DNA of 63,766 bases, counting the filler. It is 4 parts of 4 records of this genome, joined end to end, with 100 filler letters (N's around TTAATTAATTAA, not from the genome) between each part and the next. Parts side by side here need not be neighbours in the genome. Positions count along the whole stretch, not along the records: positions 24,185 to 50,218 come from DRR723986_6623; 3 more parts are not named here. One strand, 5' to 3'. This document shows positions 28,415 to 39,188 of the stretch, piece by piece; position 1 is the first letter of the stretch; each line of letters opens with the position of its first letter. Below the pieces are notes generated by a model. It searched no databases. It was not told the DNA's origin and saw only the letters and a program-made list of their open reading frames with translations. The position numbers were made by a program, and so were the translations under genes.

Positions 28415-29815
28415 ATGGCCTCCGTGAAGAAGCCCCGTTTCACCTATAACCGTCTGAACCGGCGCCTGGATGTGCTGGTGCGGGGCAAACTGTGGCTACA
28501 GGTGATCCTGGCGCTTCTGTCCGGGATCGGCGTCGGCCTGATCCTCGGGCCGGATCTCGACTTTATCCCGCGGGACCAGGCCGCCGTAATTGGCGACTGG
28601 CTGGGCCTGCCAGGCAATTTGTTCCTGGCACTCGTGCGGATGGTGATCATTCCGCTGGCCGCCAGCTCCATCATTCTCGGTATCGCCGGTACCGGCGGCG
28701 GGGAAGCACTGAGGACCGTAGGCCGTAAATTGCTGGTGTTCGTGATGTTGACGACGGTCACTGCCACGATGATTGGCATCTCGCTCGCGCGGTTCATTCG
28801 TCCGGGGCGGGGCCTTGAACAGGTTTATCCCTCTCCCCCCAGCCTCAAGCCGGAAAACCTGCAACTGGCTGAGCCACCGCCTTCGCCGCTGGAAGGTATA
28901 ACAAAAGACCTGCCGGACATGATCACCGGCCTCATCCCGCAGAACATTGCCGCCTCCCTGCTGGAGCAGGACATGCTGGCCATTGTCATGTTCTCACTGT
29001 TCGTCGGCATCGCCACGGTGACCGCCGACAAGAAGGAATTGACCCGCCCGCTTGTGGCGCTCGCCGAGGCCTTGCTGGAAGTCTCCATGACGGTGATCCG
29101 CACGGCGATGCGCTTCGCGCCGCTCGCTGTGTTCGGCCTGATGGCGAAAACGACGGCCGCCAACGGCTTCAGCACGCTGGTGGACCTGGCCACCTATTGC
29201 GGCATTGTCCTGTCAGGCCTCACCTGCCTGCTCATGCTCTATCTCGTGATCGTGACCGTGTTTGGCCGAATGAACCCGGTAAAGTTCATCGAGGCGGTGG
29301 TGCCGGTCCAGCTGCTCGCCTTTTCCACGTCCAGTTCGGCCGCCGTGATGCCGCTGACAATGAAGACAGCGATCGACAAGCTGAAAACGCCGCCCTCCCT
29401 CGCCGGCGCCGTGGTGCCGCTGGCCTCGACCGTGAACATGGCCGGCACGGCGCTCTACCAATCCGTCGCCATCATGTTCCTGGCGGATATTTCCGGCACG
29501 CCGCTCTCGCCGGGGGACCTGGCGCTCGTGATGGTAACGCTGACCGGCGCCTCCATCGGGGCCCCGGCCGCGCCGGGCGCCAGTATCGCGATCCTTGCAA
29601 CCACGGCGACGAGTTTCGGCGTGCCGCTGACCGGCCTGCCGCTGGTCATGGGGGTCGACCGGATTCTCGACATGGCGCGGACACTGGTGAACGTGACCGG
29701 CGACCTTGTCCTCTGCCGCATCGTGACGCCGAAGGGCAAACGCGCAAACGAAACGCCGGAACCGGAGACATCCCCGGTTCCGGCGGAACAAGCGTCGGCG
29801 GAAAGCCCGGCCTGA
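28415..29815 (+). CDS. Dicarboxylate/amino acid:cation symporter (DAACS, GltP type)
   Basis: AFSTSSSAAVMP, TVNMAGTALYQ, DRILDMARTLVNVTGD motifs. Confidence 0.93.
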   Translation: MASVKKPRFTYNRLNRRLDVLVRGKLWLQVILALLSGIGVGLILGPDLDFIPRDQAAVIGDWLGLPGNLFLALVRMVIIPLAASSIILGIAGTGGGEALRTVGRKLLVFVMLTTVTATMIGISLARFIRPGRGLEQVYPSPPSLKPENLQLAEPPPSPLEGITKDLPDMITGLIPQNIAASLLEQDMLAIVMFSLFVGIATVTADKKELTRPLVALAEALLEVSMTVIRTAMRFAPLAVFGLMAKTTAANGFSTLVDLATYCGIVLSGLTCLLMLYLVIVTVFGRMNPVKFIEAVVPVQLLAFSTSSSAAVMPLTMKTAIDKLKTPPSLAGAVVPLASTVNMAGTALYQSVAIMFLADISGTPLSPGDLALVMVTLTGASIGAPAAPGASIAILATTATSFGVPLTGLPLVMGVDRILDMARTLVNVTGDLVLCRIVTPKGKRANETPEPETSPVPAEQASAESPA

Positions 29816-29828
29816 GCGGCCTGGCCTG

Positions 29829-32030
29829 CTATTCCGCGAAACCGCGATCCCGCATGAGGGCACCGATCTCGGCGTCGCGGCCACGGAACAGGCGGTAAGC
29901 CTCGGCCGGGTCCATCGAATTGCCGGCGGCGAACAGGTATTTGACCATCGCGCTTGCGACATCCTGATCATAGAAACCACCGGAGGCTTCGGCGAACGCT
30001 TCGGCGGCATCTGACGTCAGCACATCAGCCCAGAGATAGCCGTAATAGCCGGTCGCATAACCTTCGCCCGCAAAGACATGCCCGAATTGCGGTGTACGGT
30101 GACGCATTACCAGTTCGGACGGCATGCCGAGTTCGTCCAGCGTTTCCCGCTCGAACTTGTCCGGGTCCAACCCTTCCGGATCGGCCATGTGAAGCTTCAT
30201 GTCGATCAGGGCAGAGGCGAGGTATTCCGTCGTCGCGAAGCCTTGATTGAACGTGGAGGCCTTGCGGATCTTCTCGACCAGTTCTGCTGGCATCGGCTCG
30301 CCCGTCTCTGCACTGACGAGATAGGTGTTGATGACATGGTCGGTCGACAGCCAGCGTTCCAGCAGCTGTGACTGGAACTCGGTATAGTCGCGCAGGCCGC
30401 CGGTCAGGCTGGGATACCCCACTTGCAGCGACAGGTAGTGCAGCGCGTGGCCGAACTCGTGGAACATGGTTTCCGCATCGTCCCAGGACAATAGTACGGG
30501 CTCGCCCGGTGCCGGTTTCACGAAGTTCGAATTATTGGCTGCCAGGACATTCTTCTCGCCCCGGAAGCTTTCGTGCGACCGATAGGTCGTCGCCCACGCG
30601 CCGGAACGTTTGCCGTCACGTGCGAAAGGATCGAAATACCAGAGGCCGACATTGCGGCCGGTCGCCTTGTCGTTGACCTCATACACTGTGACATCCGGAT
30701 GGAAGACCGGAACGGAACCATCGGTGATCGGTACGAATTCGAATCCAAACAATTCACCTGCAACGTCAAACATGGCGAGGCGCAGATTGTCGAGCTGGAG
30801 GTATTGCTTCACTTCCTCGGAATCGAGGTCGTACTTCGCCTTGCGGACTTTCTCTGCATAAAAACGATAATCCCAGGGCTCGATCGTGACGCCGGCGCCT
30901 TCGGCATCGGCCAGCGCCTGCATATCCGCGACTTCTTCATGCACGCGGGCAACCGATGCTTTCCACACCTGCAGCATCAGGTCGAACGCCCGTTCGGGCG
31001 TCTTGGCCATGCGGTCTTCGAGACGCCATTCGGCGAAATTGTCATACCCGAGCAGCGCAACACGCTCATCGCGCAGCTTCAGGATCTTCGCGATGATAGC
31101 ATTGTTGTCGTGCGCATCGCCATTGTCGCCGCGATTGTAATAATTCCGCCAGACCTGTTCGCGCAGGTCGCGCTCGGTGGAGAAGGTCAGGAACGGATCC
31201 ATTGAGGACCGGGTGTTGCGCACGGCATACATGCCCGGCTTGCCGAGCGCTTCGGCAGCCGCCGCGGCGGAGCTCAGATAGGACTCCGGCAGGCCGTCTG
31301 TCTGATCCTCACTCAGATAGGTGACCCAGCCTTCCTCGTCGGCCAGCAGGTTACCGGAGAATTCGGCGTAGAGCCCGGCCAGTTCCTTGTTGATCTGCGC
31401 AAACTTCTCGGCCTTTTCGCCTGTCAGCGTGCCGCCATTGCGGGTGAACTGCTGATGGATGATTTCGACAAGACGCTGCTGGGCGGGCGTGAGCGTGTCG
31501 TATTCGGCGCCCTGCCGCACAGCATCGACGCGGGCGAACAAGGCCTGGTTCTGGTTGATCGAGTCATAGAAAGCCTGAATTTCCGGATCCATCCGCGTTT
31601 CGATCTCGCGGAATTCCGGTGTCGAGAGGTTCGACCCCCAGAGGTAGTAATAAGCCAGCGCACGGTTCAGCTGGCGGCCGGTATCTTCCATGGCGGCGAT
31701 TGTGTTCTCAAAGGTCGGCGCATCCGGGTTTGCCGTGATCGCATCGATCTCTTTCCGCTGGGCAGCCATACCCTCTTCAAGGGCTGGCTCGATGAGGGCG
31801 ATATCCATCTTGTCGAAGGCAGGCACTCCGCCATAGGGGCCTTCAAAAACATCGCCTGGGGTCCAGGCCGCCTCTGCCGTTGCTTCTGGTACAGCATCTG
31901 TTGCGTCAACCGTACTTGCGGCCAGTTCGACCGGGTCACCGGCTTCGGCGGCTTCCGGCGTAATGCCGGCACACGCCGTCATCATCGTGGAACCGAGAAT
32001 AAAAGACAGGAAGGTTCTGGATCGGGTCAT
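29829..32030 (-). CDS. M3 family metallopeptidase (Dcp-like), probable lipoprotein
   Basis: KRSGAW, FHEFGHALH zinc motif, GYYGYLWA; start MTRSRTF at 32030 with lipobox-like MTAC. Confidence 0.92.
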   Translation of the reverse strand: MTRSRTFLSFILGSTMMTACAGITPEAAEAGDPVELAASTVDATDAVPEATAEAAWTPGDVFEGPYGGVPAFDKMDIALIEPALEEGMAAQRKEIDAITANPDAPTFENTIAAMEDTGRQLNRALAYYYLWGSNLSTPEFREIETRMDPEIQAFYDSINQNQALFARVDAVRQGAEYDTLTPAQQRLVEIIHQQFTRNGGTLTGEKAEKFAQINKELAGLYAEFSGNLLADEEGWVTYLSEDQTDGLPESYLSSAAAAAEALGKPGMYAVRNTRSSMDPFLTFSTERDLREQVWRNYYNRGDNGDAHDNNAIIAKILKLRDERVALLGYDNFAEWRLEDRMAKTPERAFDLMLQVWKASVARVHEEVADMQALADAEGAGVTIEPWDYRFYAEKVRKAKYDLDSEEVKQYLQLDNLRLAMFDVAGELFGFEFVPITDGSVPVFHPDVTVYEVNDKATGRNVGLWYFDPFARDGKRSGAWATTYRSHESFRGEKNVLAANNSNFVKPAPGEPVLLSWDDAETMFHEFGHALHYLSLQVGYPSLTGGLRDYTEFQSQLLERWLSTDHVINTYLVSAETGEPMPAELVEKIRKASTFNQGFATTEYLASALIDMKLHMADPEGLDPDKFERETLDELGMPSELVMRHRTPQFGHVFAGEGYATGYYGYLWADVLTSDAAEAFAEASGGFYDQDVASAMVKYLFAAGNSMDPAEAYRLFRGRDAEIGALMRDRGFAE

Positions 32031-32201
32031 GTCAGGTCCTGATTGAGATTGTGTCGCAAGGGTTGGCAGCACAACGCTACCGGGAATGATTGTTACTCTA
32101 TATCGACGAGGATCACCGCGAGGGGCAAGCACACACCTCACATTTTGTTCAATTTTTCTAAATTTTTTAAACAAAATCGACCTTTGGGGAATCTCCAAGA
32201 G

Positions 32202-32229
32202 AAAAGGGCGGACCTTCCGGTCCGCCCTT
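32202..32229 (-). terminator. Rho-independent terminator after the TonB receptor
   Basis: AAGGGCGGACC-TTCC-GGTCCGCCCTT perfect stem; A-run on the left gives a U-tract on the minus strand. Confidence 0.75.
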
Positions 32230-32260
32230 CCCTGATTTCAGTTCCAAAGTCCGATCGGAC

Positions 32261-35257
32261 TTAGAAGGTTTTCGACACGCTGAGGAAGGCGCGGCGACCA
32301 CGGAGGTCGTAGGCAGTGGCGTTCAGCGGGGTGTTACCCGAGCTGGTCGTCACGATGTCAGACACCTGCGGCGGATGCTCGTCGAAGATGTTGCTGATAC
32401 CGCCGGTGATCGACCAGGTATCGCCCTGCCAGCGAACCGATGCACCGTGAGTTGCCTGTGCTTCAGTGTAGACTTTGTACAGACCGGTCAGACCGAAATA
32501 GTTCTGCGGATCATTGTAGTCAGCAGAGAAGTAACGGTTGTCATCCTGACGGCCGATGAAGTCGACGAACCAGGTGTAGGTCCAGTCGCCACGATCGAGG
32601 CGAAGCGATGCGTCGCCAACGACACTCGGATAGCCGATTGTACCGTTGAAGTCATTGTCTTCAATGCCGGAAACGAAGTCCGAACCGAACACGTTGATGT
32701 AACGCTCAAGCGCCCAGTTCACGGAGCTGTCGAAGGTAACCGTACCGAAGTTGAACTCGCCAGTGTAGCGGATTTCGAGGTCGAGACCCGATTGCGACTG
32801 CGAGTCAACGTTCAGCGTCGGCGCCTGAATGTTGTCCAGGTTGAATGCGCCTATGGTCGCGGTGCCCGGGTTACGGTCGAACAGATCACAGAAATCGTTC
32901 GGATAAACCGTCGTTGCATAACAACCACCAACGATCTGAGCGCCCGACAGGCTGGTGATCTGATCGGAGATCTCGATTTCGTAGTAATCAAGCGCGATGT
33001 TGATGTCTGCGAAAGTCGGGGTCCAGATCACACCTGCGGTGAACGTGTCACCCGTTTCCGGTTCAAGCAGGTCGCCACCGCCGGAGGTGATCACGAGCGC
33101 CGATGAACCGGTACCAGTGTAGTTGTCCGGGATGCCGGCAGCAGCACAGTTTGCCCGGATGTTCGGGTTGGTCGAGTCGGCCCAGTTGACACATGGGTCG
33201 ATCGACGTCTGGCTCAGGAAGCCTGTCTGGTCTTCCAGGAACAGTTCGAACAGAGCCGGAGCACGGTAAGACGTACCATAGCTTGAACGGGCACGCACAG
33301 TCGGCGTGATCTGCCAGTTCAGACCAACTTTGTAGATAGAGTCCGTACCGCCGAGGTCATAGTCGAATGCGCGGACAGAGCCCGAGAACTCGACATCTTC
33401 TGCCAGCGGTGCACCTTTGATGAGCGGCACGCTGATTTCAGCAAAGACTTCGGAGACGCTGTTGGTGCCCTTGGTCGGACCAGCGGTCGAAGACCCCCAG
33501 ATGTCGCCAGTCTGGGTCAATTCACCCGGCTGGTCGTCGATCGAGAATTCGCGGTACTCAGCACCGAGGCCGAGGCCGAGCGGACCGGCAGGCAGTTCGA
33601 ACAGTTCGCCGGCGAGAACGGCCGTAAACGTCGTCTGCTCGTAAACTGTGTTACCGGACTGATAGCCACCAATTGCAGCGACGAGATCATCGACGCGCGC
33701 ACCGGAAAGGATATCCGGATCCAGGAAGTCGATCGAAGGCGGTGCGAGGGCGTCGGCAATGCCGTCACCGTTGTAGTCGGCAACACCGTCATAGTTCCAG
33801 TCACCTGATTTGGAGAGCAGGATTTCGTTGCCCTCATAGGTACCTTCACCACGCGAATAGGTTCCGTCGATTTTCCAGGACCACTTGTCCATGAAACCCG
33901 GGGAGAACCCGCCGGAAAGCGACGACGACAGGTAGTAGTAGTCGATTGAAACTTTGTCGGTGGTCGGGAACGGAGCAACCATCTGCGCAAGTGCGCCGAC
34001 CGAGTTCAGGTACCCCGGGTCGAGGATGTAGCTGTAGAACGGGCTGCCTGCAGCATTGTCAGCCGTACCGATAACCGGGAAGAACTGGCGCCAGCCTTCC
34101 GCTTCGGTTTCGCGGCGGCTGTACAGCACTTCTGTATCCCAGGCCATACCACCAAGATCGACGTCAGCCGTACCGAAAATCGAAATATTCTCGTTCCGCG
34201 GGAAGAAATCTTCATTGTCGAGCAAGGTCGAGTCGAGAATATCTTCAAAGTACAGAGCGCCGGTGTTCGGATCAACGCCGGTGCCGACACGCGGACGGTA
34301 CCCCGGAATGGTCGCACCGAAAACCGTCGGAACCGTGGAACCATCTGGGGACGGCACCAGACGCTGGCCGGAGAATGAATCAATGACCGTGTTGTAGTAG
34401 AGATTGCTACAGTTACGGTTCGGGTTGGTTGCCGTTGCCGAGTAGTTCAGGCGGTCGATGAGGCCACCACCATTCGGATCGGAAACGTAGTCCTGCGGGC
34501 ACTCGAGGTAATCACGCTCGGAAGCGTCGAGCTCTTCGGACAGACGGTATTCAGCAGAAATGGTGAAGTTGGCGTTGTCGCCGAGGTCGAAGCCCCATGC
34601 GCCGCTGATGCCATACTGCTCACCGCCGGAGTCGAACGGGCGGGAAATGTCGAAATTCAGCTCAGGGCTATCGACCGAGTCACGCGTGATGATGTTGACC
34701 ACGCCGCAGACAGCATCCGAACCATAGATCGTCGAGGCGCCGTCTTTAAGGACTTCAACGCGGGAGATGATCGACTGCGGCAGGACGTTCAGGTCAAGTG
34801 CGGCGATTGCACCGCGCGTACCTGAAGACCCCGGACGCTTGCCGTCGATCAGAACCAGCGTACGCGTGTCGCCACAACCACGAAGGTCGATTGTCTGCGC
34901 GCCGAGACCACCATTGGTGACATAGTTCTGGAACGTGTTGTTCAGCTGGGTCGAACCAGCTGCAAGGGAAGACCCCTGCAGGAGAGCCGCCGTGTCAACG
35001 AGGCCTTCGAGGGTTGCTACTTCAGCCGTGATCACCTGGATCGGCGAAGATGACGCGAATTCGTCACGTGCAAGCAGGGAGCCCGTGACAACGATCTTGT
35101 CCTGACGGGCTTCGTCTTCTGCCGGCGCGGTGTCGATCGTCGTGATGACATCTTCATCTGCCGTATCGGTTTCCTGTGCGTTGGCAGCACCGGTCATGAT
35201 CAGCGCGCCGATTGCAACGCCGCTGAACACAGACCGACGGAACAGTCTCTTATTCAT
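32261..35257 (-). CDS. TonB-dependent receptor
   Basis: Signal peptide, TonB box IVVTGS, plug RTLVLIDGKR / RVEVLKDGASTIYGSDAV.GVVNIIT, C-terminal Phe. Confidence 0.96.
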   Translation of the reverse strand: MNKRLFRRSVFSGVAIGALIMTGAANAQETDTADEDVITTIDTAPAEDEARQDKIVVTGSLLARDEFASSSPIQVITAEVATLEGLVDTAALLQGSSLAAGSTQLNNTFQNYVTNGGLGAQTIDLRGCGDTRTLVLIDGKRPGSSGTRGAIAALDLNVLPQSIISRVEVLKDGASTIYGSDAVCGVVNIITRDSVDSPELNFDISRPFDSGGEQYGISGAWGFDLGDNANFTISAEYRLSEELDASERDYLECPQDYVSDPNGGGLIDRLNYSATATNPNRNCSNLYYNTVIDSFSGQRLVPSPDGSTVPTVFGATIPGYRPRVGTGVDPNTGALYFEDILDSTLLDNEDFFPRNENISIFGTADVDLGGMAWDTEVLYSRRETEAEGWRQFFPVIGTADNAAGSPFYSYILDPGYLNSVGALAQMVAPFPTTDKVSIDYYYLSSSLSGGFSPGFMDKWSWKIDGTYSRGEGTYEGNEILLSKSGDWNYDGVADYNGDGIADALAPPSIDFLDPDILSGARVDDLVAAIGGYQSGNTVYEQTTFTAVLAGELFELPAGPLGLGLGAEYREFSIDDQPGELTQTGDIWGSSTAGPTKGTNSVSEVFAEISVPLIKGAPLAEDVEFSGSVRAFDYDLGGTDSIYKVGLNWQITPTVRARSSYGTSYRAPALFELFLEDQTGFLSQTSIDPCVNWADSTNPNIRANCAAAGIPDNYTGTGSSALVITSGGGDLLEPETGDTFTAGVIWTPTFADINIALDYYEIEISDQITSLSGAQIVGGCYATTVYPNDFCDLFDRNPGTATIGAFNLDNIQAPTLNVDSQSQSGLDLEIRYTGEFNFGTVTFDSSVNWALERYINVFGSDFVSGIEDNDFNGTIGYPSVVGDASLRLDRGDWTYTWFVDFIGRQDDNRYFSADYNDPQNYFGLTGLYKVYTEAQATHGASVRWQGDTWSITGGISNIFDEHPPQVSDIVTTSSGNTPLNATAYDLRGRRAFLSVSKTF

Positions 35258-35560
35258 GTTTATTACCCCTAACCAATTAAGCCTGAGCTTATCTCAACTC
35301 CGCGCCTCACACGCGAATGCGTCCAGCGTAAGCCGGCGCTTGCCGAAAGTCTTGTCGGGCCGATGGGCAACTGACAAGGTTATGTGACAGCAAATTCATG
35401 TTCAGGACAGATTCACCCGTATAGTGTGCTTTTCCCATCACAATATACCCGCCAGCGTCGCCTGATCTGGAAGATGGCTATGGAAAACACCTGTCGTGGG
35501 CGCTTGACCTGCCTCGCGCCCCTTTAAATATTGCCCACATGTAACTTGGAGAGGTTCATC

Positions 35561-37582
35561 ATGATGAGACGCTTATTCGCAGCGGGATCCGTAATCCTGC
35601 TGGCAGGCGCAACAAGCGCCAGCGCAGACCCGATACCAGCTGAAGATTTTTCAAAAGCTCCCTCTGTTTCAAGCGTCTCGATGTCTCTTGAGGGCGACAT
35701 GCTGGTGGGCGTGATCGCCGACCCGACGCAGGACGGCGACATTCGCGCGGCAGCCTATTGGGACCTTTCCGGCAAGATCGATCCGAGCAAGCCGCTCCTT
35801 CCCTCCAACGTCACTCCGACCAGCGGCAAGACACTTTTCTATGGCGCAACGGCGCTGAAGGACAAAAAATCGCTTTGGTTTACCGTTCAACCCTATATCG
35901 GCGCGCTGTACGGCTGCGGTGAAGGGCGCGACACCGGCGCGACAAAGAAATACCTTCAGAAGGTCTATATGGGGAACGAAAAGATCAAAAAGATCGATGA
36001 CCTCCCTGATGGCCGGGCCGAAATCGGCGCAAACAAGGATACGCTTCGCTGTTTCGAACTGGTCGGCGAAACCGGAATTGAATCGCTGCTTCCATTGGAT
36101 CCAACCAAGATCGTCATTTCCCGCGCCTCGACCAAGAACGGCACGAGCTTCTTCGAGCACGACCTGTCGAACAGCCGCGAGAAGTTTCTGTTCAAAGCAT
36201 CCAACACCGAATCCGTTCTGATCAGCGACCGTGACGGCAGCCAGATCGCACGTACCAAGCTGGAATATGAAGACGGCGCGTGGCGCCAGTATTTCAGCCT
36301 GGTCGACCAGAACTCCGGCGAAATGACTACCGAAGCCCCGCTGACGACTGAAATCGCCAACCGCTATACAATGGAAGTGGATGGCCAGCAAAACGGCACC
36401 GGAAAATATTACATCGTCACCGACAAATTCTCCGACAAGGCGGCAGTGTACCTCTACGATCCGGCGACCGACTCGTTCAGCGACCAGCCTCTGGTGGCCC
36501 ATCCGGAATTCAACGTCTCCGGCCTCGTCTATTCTCAACGTCCACAGGACTTCAATGAGATCCTGGGCTTCAATTATGCCGGCCCCGTAACTTCGACCTA
36601 CTGGATCGATCCGGACTTTCGTTCGATCCAGGACGGTCTCGAATCCGCCTTCACGGACAAGTACGTTTCGATCGTCGATTACAATAATGACCTCAGCCGT
36701 GTGCTGTTCCAGGTTCAGGCTGCCGACATGCCGCCAGCCTGGTACCTGTTGCTGGACAAAACGAAAGTGGTTGTGATCGGCTCGCTGCGCCCGTGGATCG
36801 ACCAGGACTCCCTCGGCAAGGGTGAGTTCGTTCATTACCCGGCCCGTGACGGCATGAGCATTCCGGGCTTCGTTACCTTCCCCGCCGGTTGGAAAGAAGG
36901 CGACAAGGCAAAAGGCGCCATCATCGTTCCGCACGGCGGCCCTTGGGCCCGCGACAGCGGCGGCTGGGACGACTCCGGCTGGACGCAGTATTTCGCAAGC
37001 CGCGGCTACATTATCCTGCAGCCGCAGTATCGCGGAAGCGATGGCTGGGGCCGTGAACTCTGGCTGGCCGGCGACGGTGAGTGGGGTCAGAAGATGCAGG
37101 ACGACAAGGATGACGGCGCGGCCTGGCTGGTCTCTCAAGGCTATGTCGATGCCGACAAGGTCGCCATCCATGGCTATTCCTATGGTGGCTTCGCCGCCAT
37201 CGCAGCTTCCGTCCGCCCGAACAGCCCGTATCGCTGTGCCATTGCCGGCGCTGGCGTCTCGAACCTTGCCAAACTGGGCAATGAATGGGGCGACAATCGC
37301 ATCCAACGCATCGTTCAGGGCAATACGGTGAAGGGCATGGACCCGATGCAGAACACCGACAAGGTAAACATTCCAATCATGCTGTACCACGGGGACTATG
37401 ATGTCCGTGTGCCGATTTTCCATAGCCGCGAATTCTACAATGCGGTCAAGAAGCGGGAGCCGGAAAGCGAGTTTCTCGTGATGGAGAAGATGGGTCACCA
37501 GTCGGTCAAATGGCCGCCGGAGAACAAGAAGCAGGTTCTCAAAGAGATCGAGCGCTTCCTGAACACCACTTGTGGTATGTAG
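35561..37582 (+). CDS. Secreted S9 (prolyl oligopeptidase-like) peptidase
   Basis: Signal peptide, PHGGPW, QYRGS.GWG, GYSYGG nucleophile, HGDYD, GH triad residues. Confidence 0.93.
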   Translation: MMRRLFAAGSVILLAGATSASADPIPAEDFSKAPSVSSVSMSLEGDMLVGVIADPTQDGDIRAAAYWDLSGKIDPSKPLLPSNVTPTSGKTLFYGATALKDKKSLWFTVQPYIGALYGCGEGRDTGATKKYLQKVYMGNEKIKKIDDLPDGRAEIGANKDTLRCFELVGETGIESLLPLDPTKIVISRASTKNGTSFFEHDLSNSREKFLFKASNTESVLISDRDGSQIARTKLEYEDGAWRQYFSLVDQNSGEMTTEAPLTTEIANRYTMEVDGQQNGTGKYYIVTDKFSDKAAVYLYDPATDSFSDQPLVAHPEFNVSGLVYSQRPQDFNEILGFNYAGPVTSTYWIDPDFRSIQDGLESAFTDKYVSIVDYNNDLSRVLFQVQAADMPPAWYLLLDKTKVVVIGSLRPWIDQDSLGKGEFVHYPARDGMSIPGFVTFPAGWKEGDKAKGAIIVPHGGPWARDSGGWDDSGWTQYFASRGYIILQPQYRGSDGWGRELWLAGDGEWGQKMQDDKDDGAAWLVSQGYVDADKVAIHGYSYGGFAAIAASVRPNSPYRCAIAGAGVSNLAKLGNEWGDNRIQRIVQGNTVKGMDPMQNTDKVNIPIMLYHGDYDVRVPIFHSREFYNAVKKREPESEFLVMEKMGHQSVKWPPENKKQVLKEIERFLNTTCGM

Positions 37583-37603
37583 GAAGCATTCAAAGACAAT
37601 CCC

Positions 37604-37635
37604 AAAGGGCGGCCTTCCAGGGCCGCCCTTTTTTT
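37604..37635 (+). terminator. Rho-independent (probably bidirectional) terminator between S9 and glpK
   Basis: AAAGGGCGGCC-TTCCAG-GGCCGCCCTTT followed by a T-run. Confidence 0.8.
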
Positions 37636-37653
37636 CTCTAAACACTGATTGCG

Positions 37654-39135
37654 TCAGGCCAGCGTGCGACGAAGCGCGGTGGCCCAGCCCTTCAGCAAAG
37701 CTTTTCTCTGCTCATCACCCATCTGAGGCTCGAAACGAACGCCTTTTACCTCGCGCACCTGCCAGTTCGCCCCCTTCATCCAGCCGAGCTGCATCGCAGC
37801 AAGTGCCGCCGCGCCAAGCGCCGTCATTTCCCGATAGTCCGGCCGCACAACAGGACGGGCGCAGACATCGGCCAGGAACTGCATCAGCCAGTCATTGGCA
37901 ACCATGCCGCCATCGACTCTCAGCTCACGGATCTCCACACCGTCCGCCTCGAATGCGTCCAGCAGGTCCCGTGTCTGGTAGGCAACTGCCTCCAGTCCTG
38001 CGCGGACGAGATGGGCCGCAGTGGTCGCGCGCGTGATGCCACTGATCGTGCCGCGCGCATCGGCATTCCAGTGCGGCGCGCCCAGGCCGGTGAAGGCGGG
38101 TACGATATAGACGCCGCCATTGTCGGGCAGCGCCGCGGCCATCTCTTCGCTTTCAGCGGCATCGGAAATCAGCCCCAGATCGTCGCGCAACCACTTCACC
38201 ACTGTCCCGGCATTGAAGATGGAGCCCTCGAGCGCCATCGCGCCGCCTTCCGAGGTCTCATAGCCGACCGTGCCGAGCAGACGGTTCTTCGACACCGGCT
38301 TCTCCACCCCGGAATTGGCAACAAGGAAGGCGCCTGTGCCATAAGTGATCTTCGCCATGCCGGGTGAAAGACAGCCTTGCCCCACCAGGGCAGACTGCTG
38401 GTCGCCTGCCGCGGACAGGATGGGCACCGCTTTCCCGAAAAGGCTTTCATCGCAGAGCCCGAAGTCGGCAGCATTTGGTCTCACGTCCGGAAGCATGCTC
38501 ATCGGCACACGGAACAGGCTGCACATGGCTTCGCTCCAGCCACCATCCTCACCAAGCCCGAGACGATAGAGCAAGGTACGCGAGGCATTCGATACGTCGG
38601 TCGCGTGTACCCGCCCTCCGGTCAGGTGCCAGATCAGGAAGGTCTCAACCGTACCGAAAGCAAGATCTCCTGCCTCCGCCCGTTCGCGGGCGCCGGTGAC
38701 GGTATCGAGGATCCACGCGATCTTGGTGCCAGAGAAATAGGGATCGATCAGCAGGCCGGTTTCCGCCTGAACGGCCGCTTCATGCCCTGCCGCCTTCAGC
38801 GCATCGCAGGCGCTCGCTGTCCGCCGGTCCTGCCAGATGATTGCCGGCGCCAGCAGCTTGCCCGTCAGGCGGTCCCAGACGAGGGTCGTTTCCCGCTGGT
38901 TGGTTATGCCGATCCCGGCGATCCGTTCGATACCACCCGCCTTCGCTAGCGCAGCCTGGCAGACTTGGACGGTTTTTTCCCAGATCGTCTCACCATCCTG
39001 CTCGACCCAACCATCGGCAGGATAGGCCAGCGGCACTTCTTCCTGTGCAAGGGAGACCTGATTGAAGTCCCGGTCGAACACGATGGCCCGGGTTGAGGTC
39101 GTCCCCTCATCGATCACCAGGATAGCATCCGCCAT
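37654..39135 (-). CDS. glpK: Glycerol kinase
   Basis: IDEGTTSTR, GITNQRET, WQDRRT, DPYFSGTK, GDQQSAL, PAFTGLGAPHW; start MADAIL at 39135. Confidence 0.95.
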   Translation of the reverse strand: MADAILVIDEGTTSTRAIVFDRDFNQVSLAQEEVPLAYPADGWVEQDGETIWEKTVQVCQAALAKAGGIERIAGIGITNQRETTLVWDRLTGKLLAPAIIWQDRRTASACDALKAAGHEAAVQAETGLLIDPYFSGTKIAWILDTVTGARERAEAGDLAFGTVETFLIWHLTGGRVHATDVSNASRTLLYRLGLGEDGGWSEAMCSLFRVPMSMLPDVRPNAADFGLCDESLFGKAVPILSAAGDQQSALVGQGCLSPGMAKITYGTGAFLVANSGVEKPVSKNRLLGTVGYETSEGGAMALEGSIFNAGTVVKWLRDDLGLISDAAESEEMAAALPDNGGVYIVPAFTGLGAPHWNADARGTISGITRATTAAHLVRAGLEAVAYQTRDLLDAFEADGVEIRELRVDGGMVANDWLMQFLADVCARPVVRPDYREMTALGAAALAAMQLGWMKGANWQVREVKGVRFEPQMGDEQRKALLKGWATALRRTLA

Positions 39136-39188
39136 ATATCTGTTCCTCCGGGATTTTCCGGGAGGATGGACCGGGCCGGGCAATGTCG

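Noticed and set aside
35669-37645. 658-aa antisense ORF over the S9 peptidase
   Set aside because: Shadow frame from GC-biased codon usage; no motifs. The same applies to 45066-46160, 46519-48231, 51094-52557, 52247-54085 and 55029-56531.
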